Shown piece after piece: positions 45,038-55,304 of a DNA stretch of 64,000 nucleotides. Both the position numbers and the translations under genes were made by a program. Each line of letters starts with the position of its first letter. The stretch's first letter is position 1. This DNA comes from Candidatus Poribacteria bacterium (GTDB lineage: Bacteria > Poribacteria > WGA-4E > WGA-3G): positions 1,561 to 65,560 of the forward strand of contig JAPOQK010000005.1 in assembly GCA_026710795.1 (NCBI GenBank), in the 5' to 3' direction. Under the pieces are notes generated by a model. It was not told the origin of the DNA. It ran no database searches and was given only the letters and a program-made list of their open reading frames with translations.

Positions 45038-45502
45038 TTAATACGATAAACGACGTAAAAACGCTGATAAAAAGATGATAATAAGTCCTAAAATGATCGT
45101 AAGGTTCAACCACGGTGTAGGCTTTTTCTGGAACCCCTCAAATACTGGATATGGGAACGTTAAAACAACCGCAAGCGTATAAACCAGAAATACGATAAAG
45201 AATTTGATAGCTAAGACAAAGATGTAAAGTGAATAGTCTACTTCTCCGGACTCTACAGCAGTCATCCGAGCAGTTCTAAGGAAACTGATAAAGTTATACA
45301 CACCCGATAAAAGAACAGTGAGTAGAGCAGTCCAGACTATTGAGCTGAATCGTCTGAGTGCTGATAAAATCAACGTTTTTGGGTCGGGAAGGCGATTGGC
45401 AATAGGAATGAGAACAACGCGGAAAAAGAAGAAACCGCCTATCATCAAGACAACGGAACCGACGTGCACCCATTGTATCAAAGGTTTTAGCAACATTATC
45501 AA
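45038..45502 (-). CDS. Four-TM membrane protein, CopD/DUF4149-like
   Basis: WVHVGSVVLMIGG...RRFS..VW...LLSGVYN...LAIK pattern. Confidence 0.65.
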   Translation of the reverse strand: MIMLLKPLIQWVHVGSVVLMIGGFFFFRVVLIPIANRLPDPKTLILSALRRFSSIVWTALLTVLLSGVYNFISFLRTARMTAVESGEVDYSLYIFVLAIKFFIVFLVYTLAVVLTFPYPVFEGFQKKPTPWLNLTIILGLIIIFLSAFLRRLSY

Positions 45503-45596
45503 GATTTAAAATAGCAGCAGAAAGATTATCGGCTATCAGAAAGATGGCGGAATGCGCGTTTGGCATTCCGCATGATCCGATAACAATATATGCTTA

Positions 45597-45836
45597 TTAT
45601 ACTACCGGTTTTCCACCAATCGGACTGAAACAGGCACGCGATTGTTTGCATGCTTTTGGTGAAACAAACTGGTCGTCTGGTCCGACTACCTGCATTGTGC
45701 AATTGCACCAATAGTGTGTTGCCGGATTTTCTTCAACAAGGTTCTGCAGGTTCCCGCCGGGTATGTATATTGCCTTTGTCCGTAGATCCTGGCATATAGG
45801 ACGGTTAAAAATTGGAAGTGATTTTCCCTCTAACAT
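45597..45836 (-). CDS. Small Cys-rich hypothetical protein
   Basis: CQDLRTK, YWCNCT..VGPD, C..SR.CF; GAGGA RBS just after the FAD subunit gene. Confidence 0.65.
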   Translation of the reverse strand: MLEGKSLPIFNRPICQDLRTKAIYIPGGNLQNLVEENPATHYWCNCTMQVVGPDDQFVSPKACKQSRACFSPIGGKPVV

Positions 45837-45850
45837 GTTCTTTCATCCTC

Positions 45851-46834
45851 CTATTTGCTGACTGCCATCATCGCAGCACGACTGATGAGATTCTGGGTTA
45901 GTGTCACCTTGTATTCGTTATCGTTCAAGGGTTGTGCGTTCTTAACTGCTTCCTCGCCTGCTTTCGTACTGACGGAGTCGTTAATCATCTTTCCAGTTAG
46001 AGCAGTTTCAGCATCCGTTGAACGCCATGGTGCGGGTGCAACGCCACCGAGCACGATACTCGCAGTTTGACATGTTTTCCCCATCATTTCAAAAACACCT
46101 GCGACACTTGCCAATGCAAAGTCTGGTGCACCTTTCTCTCTCACTTTTAGGTAAAGACTTTTTGTGTTTGGATTAGGATTTGGCACCTGAACTTCCACAA
46201 CGATTTCATTTGGTTCAAGCACATTTTCGCGAAACGGATTTGCCGCTGGCAATGTGAAGAATTCCTCAACTTTTATTGTCTTCTCACCTTCAGGACCAGC
46301 AATCTTTATTGATGCGTTGAGTGCGATTAACGCTGGTGCAATATCCGACGGATGCACAATATAAACTGGATCCCCTCCGAAGATGGCGTGATATTTACTC
46401 AAACCTTCTACAGCATAACATAAGTCTCCACCTTTTTTAAGACAACTAATGGTCTCATCTCTGTAATACCAGCATCGAGGACGTTGGCAAAGATTACCGC
46501 CAAGAGTACCGACATTGCGAATCTGTGGTGTAGCAACCGAAGCTGCTGCTTGTGCAAGTACAGTGTAGTGCTGTTGGATAGTCGGGTGCATTGCAATCTC
46601 AGCAACGGTGGTTAATGCACCGATTTTCAATCCTGACGCATCTGCAGATATGCTATCCATGCCGGGTAAGGTCTTGAGATTGATCAGCGTTTTAGGGGTT
46701 TCAATGTACTCCTTGAGTTCAGCGAGTAGGTCAGTTCCACCTGCAATCATCATGATTTCGCCCCATCCGCTATCACTCAGAAGTGAGGTAACTTGTTTCA
46801 GACTGGTCGCGTTGACGTAACTAAATTTTTCCAT
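45851..46834 (-). CDS. Xanthine dehydrogenase family FAD-binding subunit (PaoB/YagS-like)
   Basis: AGGTDL, QIRNVGTLGGNLCQRPRCWYYR with Cys-rich 4Fe-4S-type insertion. Confidence 0.92.
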   Translation of the reverse strand: MEKFSYVNATSLKQVTSLLSDSGWGEIMMIAGGTDLLAELKEYIETPKTLINLKTLPGMDSISADASGLKIGALTTVAEIAMHPTIQQHYTVLAQAAASVATPQIRNVGTLGGNLCQRPRCWYYRDETISCLKKGGDLCYAVEGLSKYHAIFGGDPVYIVHPSDIAPALIALNASIKIAGPEGEKTIKVEEFFTLPAANPFRENVLEPNEIVVEVQVPNPNPNTKSLYLKVREKGAPDFALASVAGVFEMMGKTCQTASIVLGGVAPAPWRSTDAETALTGKMINDSVSTKAGEEAVKNAQPLNDNEYKVTLTQNLISRAAMMAVSK

Positions 46835-46845
46835 TGCTTACCTCC

Positions 46846-48960
46846 TTATGCTTTTTCAGCAAGTGCGGTTAGGACTTTATCGGGTGTAATGGGTAGTTCT
46901 CGTATACGGACACCGATTGCGTTATAGACAGCATTTGCGATTGCGCCAAGTGTGGGAATACACGGCGGTTCACCGACACCCGTGACTTTACGGTGCGTAT
47001 CAAAAACGATTGACTTGATTTCGGGTATCTCATAAGTTCCTGGAACTTTGTAATCCTCAAGGTTAGCGTTGAGCATCCGTCCTGTTTGCGGATCCATGAT
47101 CCGTTCTTCAAGCAAGGTTTGCCCTAACCCCATAATAACACCGCCATTGATTTGGCTTTCCGTTGTTAATCGGTTAATTGCCAATCCGCAATCTTGGACT
47201 GCGACAATCTTGAGGACTTTGACATGACCTGTTTGTGTATCTACCTCAACTTCAGCGAACTGCGTGCCTGCGACACCACCTTGACGAAGTTCCTGATCCC
47301 AGTTTCCACCTTCGCTAATACTCTCTTGTCCGAGTAGACCTGTCGCCTGATTCCAAGTGACCGTATTGGTTCGGTCAGATGCAACGTAGATAGTGCGACT
47401 TCCAATACGGAGGTCATCCACGGGTGCCTTGAGTAAAGGAGCAACGTGTTCAAACAGTTTCTGTTTCGCTGCCATTGCTGCGGTCTTGATAACAGGGGCA
47501 ACGGATGCTGTTGTCTGACTTCCACCACTACCACCAGAGGGTAGTCCAGGTCCACTATCCCCTACTTTTACAGAAATATCTGTTGGTGCGAGTCCCAATT
47601 CTTCAGCGACGATGATAGCAATGGCAGTCCGAATTCCAGTGCCGATGTCTTGTGTGCCAGTGACTGCTTCAACGGTTCCGTCAGCATTGATGGTAACACG
47701 TGCTTGCGTGCCTCTGCCACCGCCGCCACCCCATTGACCACTACCAACACCCATGCCACGTTTTTTAACACCTGTGCCAGAACCGGGGACAGTATTCCGT
47801 CTGTGCCATCCGATTTCCTGTGCACCGAGGGTGTACTGTGCTTGACGCACCTCGCTTGAGTCATTAATGCGACGGAATTCCAATGGATTCATTCCGAGTT
47901 TTTCTGCAAGTTCATCCATCAGTGAGTCCATTGCGAATGCACCCTGCGGATGACCTGGTGCACGCATAGCGCGTTGGTTGCCAGCATTTGTAGCGACGTT
48001 AAACTTTTCTGTTTTCCGATTTTCTACGTGATAGACATAAGGTGCTTGGAATCCTGCACCACTGGAGATACCACCTGTACCGTAGCCGCGCATATCATAA
48101 GCAACGAGTCGACCATCACTTGATGCACCTGCCTTCACATGTTGTGTCATTGAAGGTCTATTTCCAGCAACAAGGTGTTCCGCCTTACGTGTCAGCATCA
48201 ATTTTATCGGTTTGCCGGTGATACGTGATAATTGTGCTGCAGTATGTCCTTCTACCCCAGGACCGAATTTGCTGCCAAAGCCGCCACCCATGTGTTCTGT
48301 GATGACTCTGACTTGGTTCGCGGGTATATCAAAGCGACGCGCGAAATCGTTTCGGACTCCAAAAACCGCTTGTGTAGATGCCCAAACGGTAAGATTCTGT
48401 TCATCTGTCCATTCAGTGACGTGTCCATGTGTTTCTAAACAGACATGCGTTTGGACAGGCGCGTGATAGGTGGCTTCTACCGTAACTGCTGCCTCCTCAA
48501 AACCTGCTTTCACGTCTCCCTGTTCGTTAATACCGGGATTACTCTGATTTCCCTCCCAATCGCGTATCTGCGGGGCATTTTCTGCCATCGCATCCGCTTC
48601 TGTAACAACGAAAGGTAATTCTTCTAATTCAACAAAAATCAACCGTAGTGCGTCTTTAGCAATGTCGTCTGTTTCTGCTGCGACCGCTGCGATCTCTTGC
48701 CCTTGGTAACGCAGTATTCTACCTGCTTCTGTTAACGGCATAACCGCTTGTACACCGGGCAAGGCTTCGGCACGACTAAGGTCAATATCCATCACGGTTG
48801 CATGTGCAACATCAGACCGTAGAATCCGAGCAAAGAGCATTCCCGGACGATTGATGTCATAAGTATACTTTGCTTTTCCTGTAACTTTATCCTTACCGGA
48901 CAAACGGGTAATACGCTTGCCAATAAGTCGAGATTGACTTGCTTCTCCCCATGATGCCAT
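46846..48960 (-). CDS. Xanthine dehydrogenase family molybdopterin-binding subunit (PaoC-like)
   Basis: KVTGKAKY, GGGFGSK, MRAPG, QINGGVIMGLG, GVGEP. Confidence 0.93.
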   Translation of the reverse strand: MASWGEASQSRLIGKRITRLSGKDKVTGKAKYTYDINRPGMLFARILRSDVAHATVMDIDLSRAEALPGVQAVMPLTEAGRILRYQGQEIAAVAAETDDIAKDALRLIFVELEELPFVVTEADAMAENAPQIRDWEGNQSNPGINEQGDVKAGFEEAAVTVEATYHAPVQTHVCLETHGHVTEWTDEQNLTVWASTQAVFGVRNDFARRFDIPANQVRVITEHMGGGFGSKFGPGVEGHTAAQLSRITGKPIKLMLTRKAEHLVAGNRPSMTQHVKAGASSDGRLVAYDMRGYGTGGISSGAGFQAPYVYHVENRKTEKFNVATNAGNQRAMRAPGHPQGAFAMDSLMDELAEKLGMNPLEFRRINDSSEVRQAQYTLGAQEIGWHRRNTVPGSGTGVKKRGMGVGSGQWGGGGGRGTQARVTINADGTVEAVTGTQDIGTGIRTAIAIIVAEELGLAPTDISVKVGDSGPGLPSGGSGGSQTTASVAPVIKTAAMAAKQKLFEHVAPLLKAPVDDLRIGSRTIYVASDRTNTVTWNQATGLLGQESISEGGNWDQELRQGGVAGTQFAEVEVDTQTGHVKVLKIVAVQDCGLAINRLTTESQINGGVIMGLGQTLLEERIMDPQTGRMLNANLEDYKVPGTYEIPEIKSIVFDTHRKVTGVGEPPCIPTLGAIANAVYNAIGVRIRELPITPDKVLTALAEKA

Positions 48961-49029
48961 CTGTTTTCTCCTTTTCAATACATGACACGTTCAAATTGAC
49001 TACCCTACAAAAGTGAGGGAATATTGAAA

Positions 49030-49674
49030 CTACATCTTCTCTGAAGCGGTTTCAACAGCGTCAAATATAAACGGGTAAGTGCCGCAACGACAAGTGTTGC
49101 CCGATAAGCCGTCCTTAATCTCTGCGAGCGTCGGTTTTTTGTTTTCGTTCAAGAGTGCCACGGATGAGACGATGAATCCGGGTGTACAGAATCCGCACAT
49201 CGATGCATCGTGCTGGATAAATGCATCTTGCACGGGATGCAGTTCATCTCCATTGGCAATGCCTTCTACGGTTGTTATCTGTTTCCCTTGTGCGTCCATT
49301 GCGAGCATCATACAGGCATAGACAGGTTTGCCATCAACTAAGACAGTGCATCCCCCGCATTCACCTTTGTCGCATATAAGTTTAGCACCTGTCAGATCAA
49401 CATAGTTTCCTTCCGTATCAATTCCATCTCGCAAAACTGATAGCAATGTAGTGCGTGCTTCAACTTCAATCTGATATACTTGGTCATTGATATTCAACTG
49501 AATTTCCGCAGTGGAGATGGCTTCGTCCGTTTGTGCATCCGCTTTTTCTGGAGCACCGACTAATACAGCTGCTGGTGCGACGGTTGCAGCAACGGTTCCT
49601 GTACCTACACCCTTTAAGAAACTTCGACGCGAAATATTCGTACCCTTCTTTTTCTCCTTTTCTTTATCTGACAT
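49030..49674 (-). CDS. 2Fe-2S subunit with Tat signal (PaoA/YagT-like)
   Basis: SRRSFLK; CDKGECGGC, CGFCTPG, CRCG; AGGAGG RBS before ATG 49674. Confidence 0.92.
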   Translation of the reverse strand: MSDKEKEKKKGTNISRRSFLKGVGTGTVAATVAPAAVLVGAPEKADAQTDEAISTAEIQLNINDQVYQIEVEARTTLLSVLRDGIDTEGNYVDLTGAKLICDKGECGGCTVLVDGKPVYACMMLAMDAQGKQITTVEGIANGDELHPVQDAFIQHDASMCGFCTPGFIVSSVALLNENKKPTLAEIKDGLSGNTCRCGTYPFIFDAVETASEKM

Positions 49675-49917
49675 ACCTTCCCTCCTTTCGTGTGTATCCA
49701 ATGCCTAAAATAATAAACCGATAGTCGTTAATCCATAGGTCTGGTGCGTTATGAAATACCTTCAGTCATAGGTTTATATATCTAAGTTCTTCGTAAAATA
49801 TATCACGTTTGACTTTTTTTATCAAGCGGAATTATTTAAATAGATATGTAATTTTCGCCATGTGTTTTTCTGTTAGAATCACAAAAAGCACAGAAGGGTT
49901 TTAGTTTGCTGATGTTT

Positions 49918-50088
49918 TGTCTGAATCAGGATTATCAGGATTGTGAGTTTGAAACTATACATCACATATCTAAGTATAGATGTTTATCTATTGAAAGGAA
50001 CCTCGAAATACCATATTCATAATCCTGGAAATCTTGTAATCCTGATAATCTTGGTTCAGACAATTAATCATGCAAATTCTGGTTCAGA
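49918..50088. repeat. Inverted and tandem AATCCTG/GGTTCAGACA repeat cluster
   Basis: TGTCTGAATCAGGATTATCAGGATT facing AATCCTGGAAATCTTGTAATCCTGATAATCTTGGTTCAGACA (9-nt period). Confidence 0.7.
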
Positions 50089-50303
50089 AAAAACTTAAAA
50101 GAAAATAATATGTGGATATTTATCGTAGAATAGGGTAACATATTAGCATATTGATTCGTCTAAAAAGAGTTCTACCAATTGATCCAACTAATTCAAATGC
50201 GGTGGATGTTTCAATAAAATTCTGATAATAACTACATGAATAGAAACCTTAGTGGCGAACATGCCTAAACGATTATTACACTATCTAAGCATAAGGAGTT
50301 ATG

Positions 50304-50636
50304 ATGGCTGAACATACTTTTGAAATCACCGACGATACATTCGAAGGGATGGTGATTCAATCAGACACCCCTGTCGTTGTTGACTTTTGGGCAGAATGGT
50401 GCGGTCCGTGTAAAATGATAGCACCTATTTTGGATGATCTTGCCGCTGAAAATGCCGACACTTTCAAAGTCGGAAAAGTCAACGTGGATGACAATCGTCA
50501 AACAGCGATGAAATACAGTGTGCGGAGCATTCCGACCCTTCTTGTATTCAAAGATGGAGAAGTAGCGGATCAGATTGTTGGCGCAATGCCTAAAGATGCG
50601 CTTAAGAAGAAAATCTTGGATGTTATCAAGAAGTAA
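50304..50636 (+). CDS. trxA: Thioredoxin
   Basis: DFWAEWCGPCK, SIPT; TAAGGAG RBS (start 50301 or 50304). Confidence 0.96.
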   Translation: MAEHTFEITDDTFEGMVIQSDTPVVVDFWAEWCGPCKMIAPILDDLAAENADTFKVGKVNVDDNRQTAMKYSVRSIPTLLVFKDGEVADQIVGAMPKDALKKKILDVIKK

Positions 50637-50756
50637 CCTAACGCAACATTAGATCTATCCTCCTCATTGTGGAAGCAGCAGAGCCGAAGCATAACCGCTT
50701 CGGCAGGCTTCTGCGAGGGTTTTGTCCTACCAAGTTCCTTTTCGTAACACCACCTC

Positions 50757-52043
50757 ATGTTTTGGCGATTTGTCTACAACGCGCTTGCACTTCCCATTAT
50801 GTTTATCGGCTTTCATGTGGCAGCGTGCTTTAATCGCAAATTTCGTGAGGGAATCATTGAACGACGAGATGTCTTTGAAAAATTAAACCGTCAACTCAAC
50901 GATGCCCGAAATATAGAGAAAACTGCATGGTTTCATTTTACCTCTGTCGGAGAATTTGAACAAACGAAACCGCTAATTGAAGCGATTTATGCAGATACAC
51001 GAATTGTCTTAACTTTTTTCTCACCTTCTGTTGCACCAAATGTAGAATCTTATCCTTATGTTGATGCGGCTGTATTTCTTCCCTTTGATACCCCTCGTAA
51101 TGCAGAACGTTTGATTGATCTCATTCAACCTACTTGTCTAATCTTTTCAAGATACGATATATGGCCCAACCTTGTCTGGAAAGCATCCAAATACAATATT
51201 CCTACCATTATTATTGCTGGAACAGTTCAATCTGGTTCTAAACGTCTTTCTCTTCTTGCAAGGTCATTTTTTCGGAGTGTGCATCGGCATATAACGTTAC
51301 ATTGTGCTATTTCGGAAGATGACGCAGCTCGGTTTCAACAACTGGGTTCTACAAATGAACAGGTTGTCGTAACTGGTGATACCCGTTATGAGCAGGTGTA
51401 CGGACGCGCACTTTCGATTGCACCCGATACAGTCTTTTTCCACGGACAAGATACTTTAAAGCATCCCATCCTCATTGCTGGCAGCACATACTCAGATGAT
51501 GAGGCAGTTGTATTTGAGGCGTATCAGATTCTTCGGAAAGATATACCTGACGGTAGGCTACACTTAATATTGGTTCCACACGAACCGACACTTGATAGGA
51601 TAACGGAAATTAAAGCAGAATTGAATAAGAAAAAAATAACATATCTTTGTTATTCAGAACTCAGTAGCGATGTGAATTTGGAGAGCATGGATGTTCTCAT
51701 CGTTGACACAGTAGGGATTTTGGCTAAGCTATACCAATTAGCAGATATTGCATTTGTTGGAGGGAGTTTTCACGGTAGCGTGCACAATGTTATGGAACCT
51801 GCTGCAATGGCGAAACCGATTCTATTTGGACCGACGATACAGAATGCTTACGAAACGTCTCTTTTACTCGAAAAAGGAGCGGCGAAACTTGTACATACAC
51901 CACAACAAATGGCTAAGGTTATCACAGAATGGCTGGACAACAGCGAGTCAAGAATAACTACTGGCAACATTGGAAAGCAGTTGGTTGAGGAAAATCTTGG
52001 GGCAGTGGAACGGACTTTGGAACATTTGCGAAAATATGTGTAA
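50757..52043 (+). CDS. waaA: 3-deoxy-D-manno-octulosonate (Kdo) transferase
   Basis: WFHFTSVGE, LPFD, IWPN, TGDTR, VGGSF..HNVMEPA...PILFGP. Confidence 0.9.
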   Translation: MFWRFVYNALALPIMFIGFHVAACFNRKFREGIIERRDVFEKLNRQLNDARNIEKTAWFHFTSVGEFEQTKPLIEAIYADTRIVLTFFSPSVAPNVESYPYVDAAVFLPFDTPRNAERLIDLIQPTCLIFSRYDIWPNLVWKASKYNIPTIIIAGTVQSGSKRLSLLARSFFRSVHRHITLHCAISEDDAARFQQLGSTNEQVVVTGDTRYEQVYGRALSIAPDTVFFHGQDTLKHPILIAGSTYSDDEAVVFEAYQILRKDIPDGRLHLILVPHEPTLDRITEIKAELNKKKITYLCYSELSSDVNLESMDVLIVDTVGILAKLYQLADIAFVGGSFHGSVHNVMEPAAMAKPILFGPTIQNAYETSLLLEKGAAKLVHTPQQMAKVITEWLDNSESRITTGNIGKQLVEENLGAVERTLEHLRKYV

Positions 52044-52083
52044 ATTGATTGGCAAGAAAGCACGGTACGATAGAAATGCTTTC

Positions 52084-52527
52084 TTATCGTTCAATTTCTG
52101 TTGACTTCAAAGCCTGTTGAAAGTCTTCTGGAGTGTTTGCAAGGATTGCTGCACGATGTAACTGCTTAAGACGGTCTAAGTCATCAATTGCATCAAGCAC
52201 GGGTTTGAAAGCATTTGCTGCTTCAAGTTCCAAACGTAGTTCCAACACCTCAAGGATATCTTCAAGAGCACGTGTCTTTATTCCTTGTTGTATTCCTTGT
52301 TGGAGAGCTTCTGCCGTCGCTTTTTCAGTTAAATATTCAACGAGAGGAGATTCGTGCATGGTTTCCTCCGAAATAATATCTATAATCATTTGATGTTCGT
52401 AAACTAAATTTCCTATGACAGCCTTTCCAGCAAAATACGCTGGCTTGTCCGGTACCTCTACGGTATCCGAAACTTGAACACAACGTCTTAACCATTGTTC
52501 AGCGTCAACATCCGCAAGACGTTTCAT
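52084..52527 (-). pseudogene. C-terminal remnant of an Rpn/YhgA-like protein with internal start at 52359
   Basis: MHESP..EY, QQGIQQG repeat, LELRL, LKQLHRAA pattern typical of Rpn C-termini; no nuclease domain. Confidence 0.55.
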
Positions 52528-53588
52528 TAGCGTAGTGGAATAGTGTCCGTGTCCGTTTTAGTCTGGTAGCGAATTGTTAACATCGGACGCAGATTTTCAT
52601 CGACTACCTCTTTTGATGAGAAAGTAATTGGTGCAGTCCCATCCCGTAATGCGAAAAGATATCCGTAGTTGTAATCAGGATTTGCAACCCAATAACGAAC
52701 GGCATCTGTGATTAAATCGCTTTTGAAGGTATAACGTTTGTTTGACTCTTGAATTTCAAAAGCACCATCAATTCGATGTGCGACATCATCAGAACCGTTG
52801 TAATCACTTTGGTTATCGCCATCAATCCCTGCCAACATGGCTTGTGCAGGAGGTTTATTCCATGGCAAGTTGCGATGTAATGCGCTGTTATATGTGAGTT
52901 CGTCCTCTTGTGCGCGGTCTGATTTTCCTCTGCCTTCTTTCCACGGAAGCAGAACACGACGGAGTATCAAGGTCTGAGCAGAATCTGTTTCAAATTGCTG
53001 GGCATGTAGACTTATTGTCGCATCCAAGACCTGTTTTGGATCTCGGATAGCCATATCTTCAAATGCATCATAGAGGTCAAAAGCAACAAAAAAGACACTG
53101 CCAGTCGGATTACATTGAAGGGTTGATTCAGCCCCAACGTTGTTGTTACGTGTTTTTCGGTCTTTACTGACAATCAAACTGGTATCCTGTGAGCTGCCAG
53201 AAAATGTAACCGCGTTTCCCGTGCCGAAGGTTATTTCGTTTTCGGCAGGTAGTGTTAAGTCTATCTCTGTTTTTGTGTTTTTAAGTGATAGACGGTAGGA
53301 TTTTCCTGTCTCTAACGGTGAAGTGAGAATCAGCACGCGGTTTAAACGTTCATCAAGCAGCGCAAATTCAATTTTGACATCCGGTATAATCTGATAGAAT
53401 GATAAATCTTCAACGGTATCTGCTTGCAACTCTCCATCAAATTGCAATTGAAGTGCAGTCTGAGAAAGTGGTTCTGCTTTTAACAGTTTAGGTGTGTTTT
53501 CTGCTTGTTGACTGTCAGATACCAAGAACACAAAAAATAGAATGGATATAAATGTTAATAACGCCTTCACCTTGTACCTCCAATACAT
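52527..53588 (-). CDS. Secreted Ig-like plus DNRLRE-like domain protein
   Basis: Signal peptide; LQFD...SFYQI; NNVGA, AFDL, WKEG, ITDAVRYWV.NPDYNYG, FSSKE..RPMLTI. Confidence 0.7.
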   Translation of the reverse strand: MYWRYKVKALLTFISILFFVFLVSDSQQAENTPKLLKAEPLSQTALQLQFDGELQADTVEDLSFYQIIPDVKIEFALLDERLNRVLILTSPLETGKSYRLSLKNTKTEIDLTLPAENEITFGTGNAVTFSGSSQDTSLIVSKDRKTRNNNVGAESTLQCNPTGSVFFVAFDLYDAFEDMAIRDPKQVLDATISLHAQQFETDSAQTLILRRVLLPWKEGRGKSDRAQEDELTYNSALHRNLPWNKPPAQAMLAGIDGDNQSDYNGSDDVAHRIDGAFEIQESNKRYTFKSDLITDAVRYWVANPDYNYGYLFALRDGTAPITFSSKEVVDENLRPMLTIRYQTKTDTDTIPLR

Positions 53589-53591
53589 AAA

Positions 53592-54794
53592 TTATTTCGT
53601 AACCTTTGTAATAAAGACCGCATTAAGCACCTCACGTTCTCGATTGCCTGACGGTTTATTGATCACTTCATCATTTACCACAAAGGTACTTGAGGAACCA
53701 CCATCAAGATTGATTGCTTCAGTCGCACCAAGTTCAATAAGAATGCTGGCAAGTTCGTAAAGTGTTAAGCCGGTGCTATACTTAGGTTGCCGTCCGTCTG
53801 CGACAACTAAAAACAGTTTATCGGCATTGTACCCCAGAGCTGTCCGCGGTTCATGGCTTAGGTTTAGTTCTTGGTTGCGTTTACCGGGGACATGTTTCTT
53901 TTCTTGATTGTGTTTATCCACAAGTATTTGATTTATTTTTCCATTTCTGAGCAGTCGTAACCTTCCACCAACGGCATATCGGACTTGATTCCATTCAGGT
54001 GGTGAAAGCGTAACGGTGAGTTTACCACTTGCACCAGGAATAAGTTTGTTGACACTTGGGGTTTTTACTTGAGTACTAATCCAAAGGATTGCACCGTCTC
54101 GCGGTATTGCACTGTTTCCATCACTTGAAACCGACTTTACCTGATAAGGATGTGTATAGTTTGGTGTCAATGGCAGTTTGAGTCCACTGAGCATTATTTC
54201 TTTCCCTCTACGTCGGTTGGTCCGTGTTGATTCTCCGAGGCGCGGGGTATAAAGTATCACTTTGCATCCATCAAGTCGACGTTGATTTATACAGCCAATT
54301 TCCAATGATTGGTTGTCAATCTGCAGGTTTGATTTCATTTTCACGGGAGAACTCAAGAATTCACCGGTCTCTGTAACACCAAAGCATGCATCTGTATCTG
54401 TCGGATGTGTGATGAGTTCTCCATCTTGGACATGAAGGCTTTCCAAAACGCCACCGTATCCCCGCATATCACCGAGAACACCAAAGCCACCGTTAACTGC
54501 TACGACAACCCTACGGTCTCCGCGTTGTGTCCGCCGTTTTGCTATAGAACGAACAGTCTCTTTTCCCAGCACTTGAGAATTTGCAAGTGCTACTTCAAAA
54601 TGCAAGGTAGACTCTTTCCTAGACATCTCAGCGACATAGAGGACACAAGTTTCAACATCCCAATCGTATTTGTAGATATTGAGTCCAGGTAACTGATCTG
54701 GAAAGAGTTGTGTCTTTTTTCCAGCTGCATGAGCAACAGGTATAAATAGGCATATAATTGATATTATTATGCCCAACCGATGTCCAAAACGCAT
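53592..54794 (-). CDS. Phosphodiester glycosidase (NAGPA) family protein
   Basis: AVNGGF, EPRTALG, VADGRQ, AINLDGGSSS. Confidence 0.9.
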   Translation of the reverse strand: MRFGHRLGIIISIICLFIPVAHAAGKKTQLFPDQLPGLNIYKYDWDVETCVLYVAEMSRKESTLHFEVALANSQVLGKETVRSIAKRRTQRGDRRVVVAVNGGFGVLGDMRGYGGVLESLHVQDGELITHPTDTDACFGVTETGEFLSSPVKMKSNLQIDNQSLEIGCINQRRLDGCKVILYTPRLGESTRTNRRRGKEIMLSGLKLPLTPNYTHPYQVKSVSSDGNSAIPRDGAILWISTQVKTPSVNKLIPGASGKLTVTLSPPEWNQVRYAVGGRLRLLRNGKINQILVDKHNQEKKHVPGKRNQELNLSHEPRTALGYNADKLFLVVADGRQPKYSTGLTLYELASILIELGATEAINLDGGSSSTFVVNDEVINKPSGNREREVLNAVFITKVTK

Positions 54795-54796
54795 GC

Positions 54797-55165
54797 TTAC
54801 TCCTTCTCACGATATATCTCTACTGCAAAGTAGGCGATCGGTTGATTAATTGGGGGATGGAGTTTCTTGACAATAAGATGGACTGTCTCTACAGGAAATT
54901 GTCTTAATATTTCTGAGCAAATTGTCTCTGCAAGTGCTTCAATCAGGTGAAATGACTTTTGTGTGCCAATATCAACAATGAGATCAACGACTCCTGCGTA
55001 ATCAATCGTGTCCTCAAGCGCGTCGGATTTACCAGCATCAACAAGTGAACACCCCAATGCTGCATCTATTTCGTAATGTCCACCGACTTCACGTTCTGCT
55101 TCAGGCACACCGTGGTTGCCATGAAATTTGATACTTTTTATGATGATTTTATCCATTTTTTTCAC
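54797..55165 (-). CDS. folB: Dihydroneopterin aldolase
   Basis: FHGNHGV..ER, SDALEDTIDY, LIEALAE, KLHPPI. Confidence 0.93.
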   Translation of the reverse strand: MKKMDKIIIKSIKFHGNHGVPEAEREVGGHYEIDAALGCSLVDAGKSDALEDTIDYAGVVDLIVDIGTQKSFHLIEALAETICSEILRQFPVETVHLIVKKLHPPINQPIAYFAVEIYREKE

Positions 55166-55229
55166 TGTTTGATTCAGTCCATATCTATCTCTATTTTAGC
55201 AAATGGACTCTCAAAAATCAATCCTAAAT

Positions 55230-55258
55230 TTGACTCACATCTCTTGTTATGATATACT
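55230..55258 (+). promoter_or_regulatory. Sigma70 promoter of moaDE
   Basis: TTGACT-N17-TATACT with extended -10 TG. Confidence 0.6.
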
Positions 55259-55304
55259 TTTAGACACATAATTCTAAATGGAAATAGAGCAGCAAGGAGA
55301 CCTA

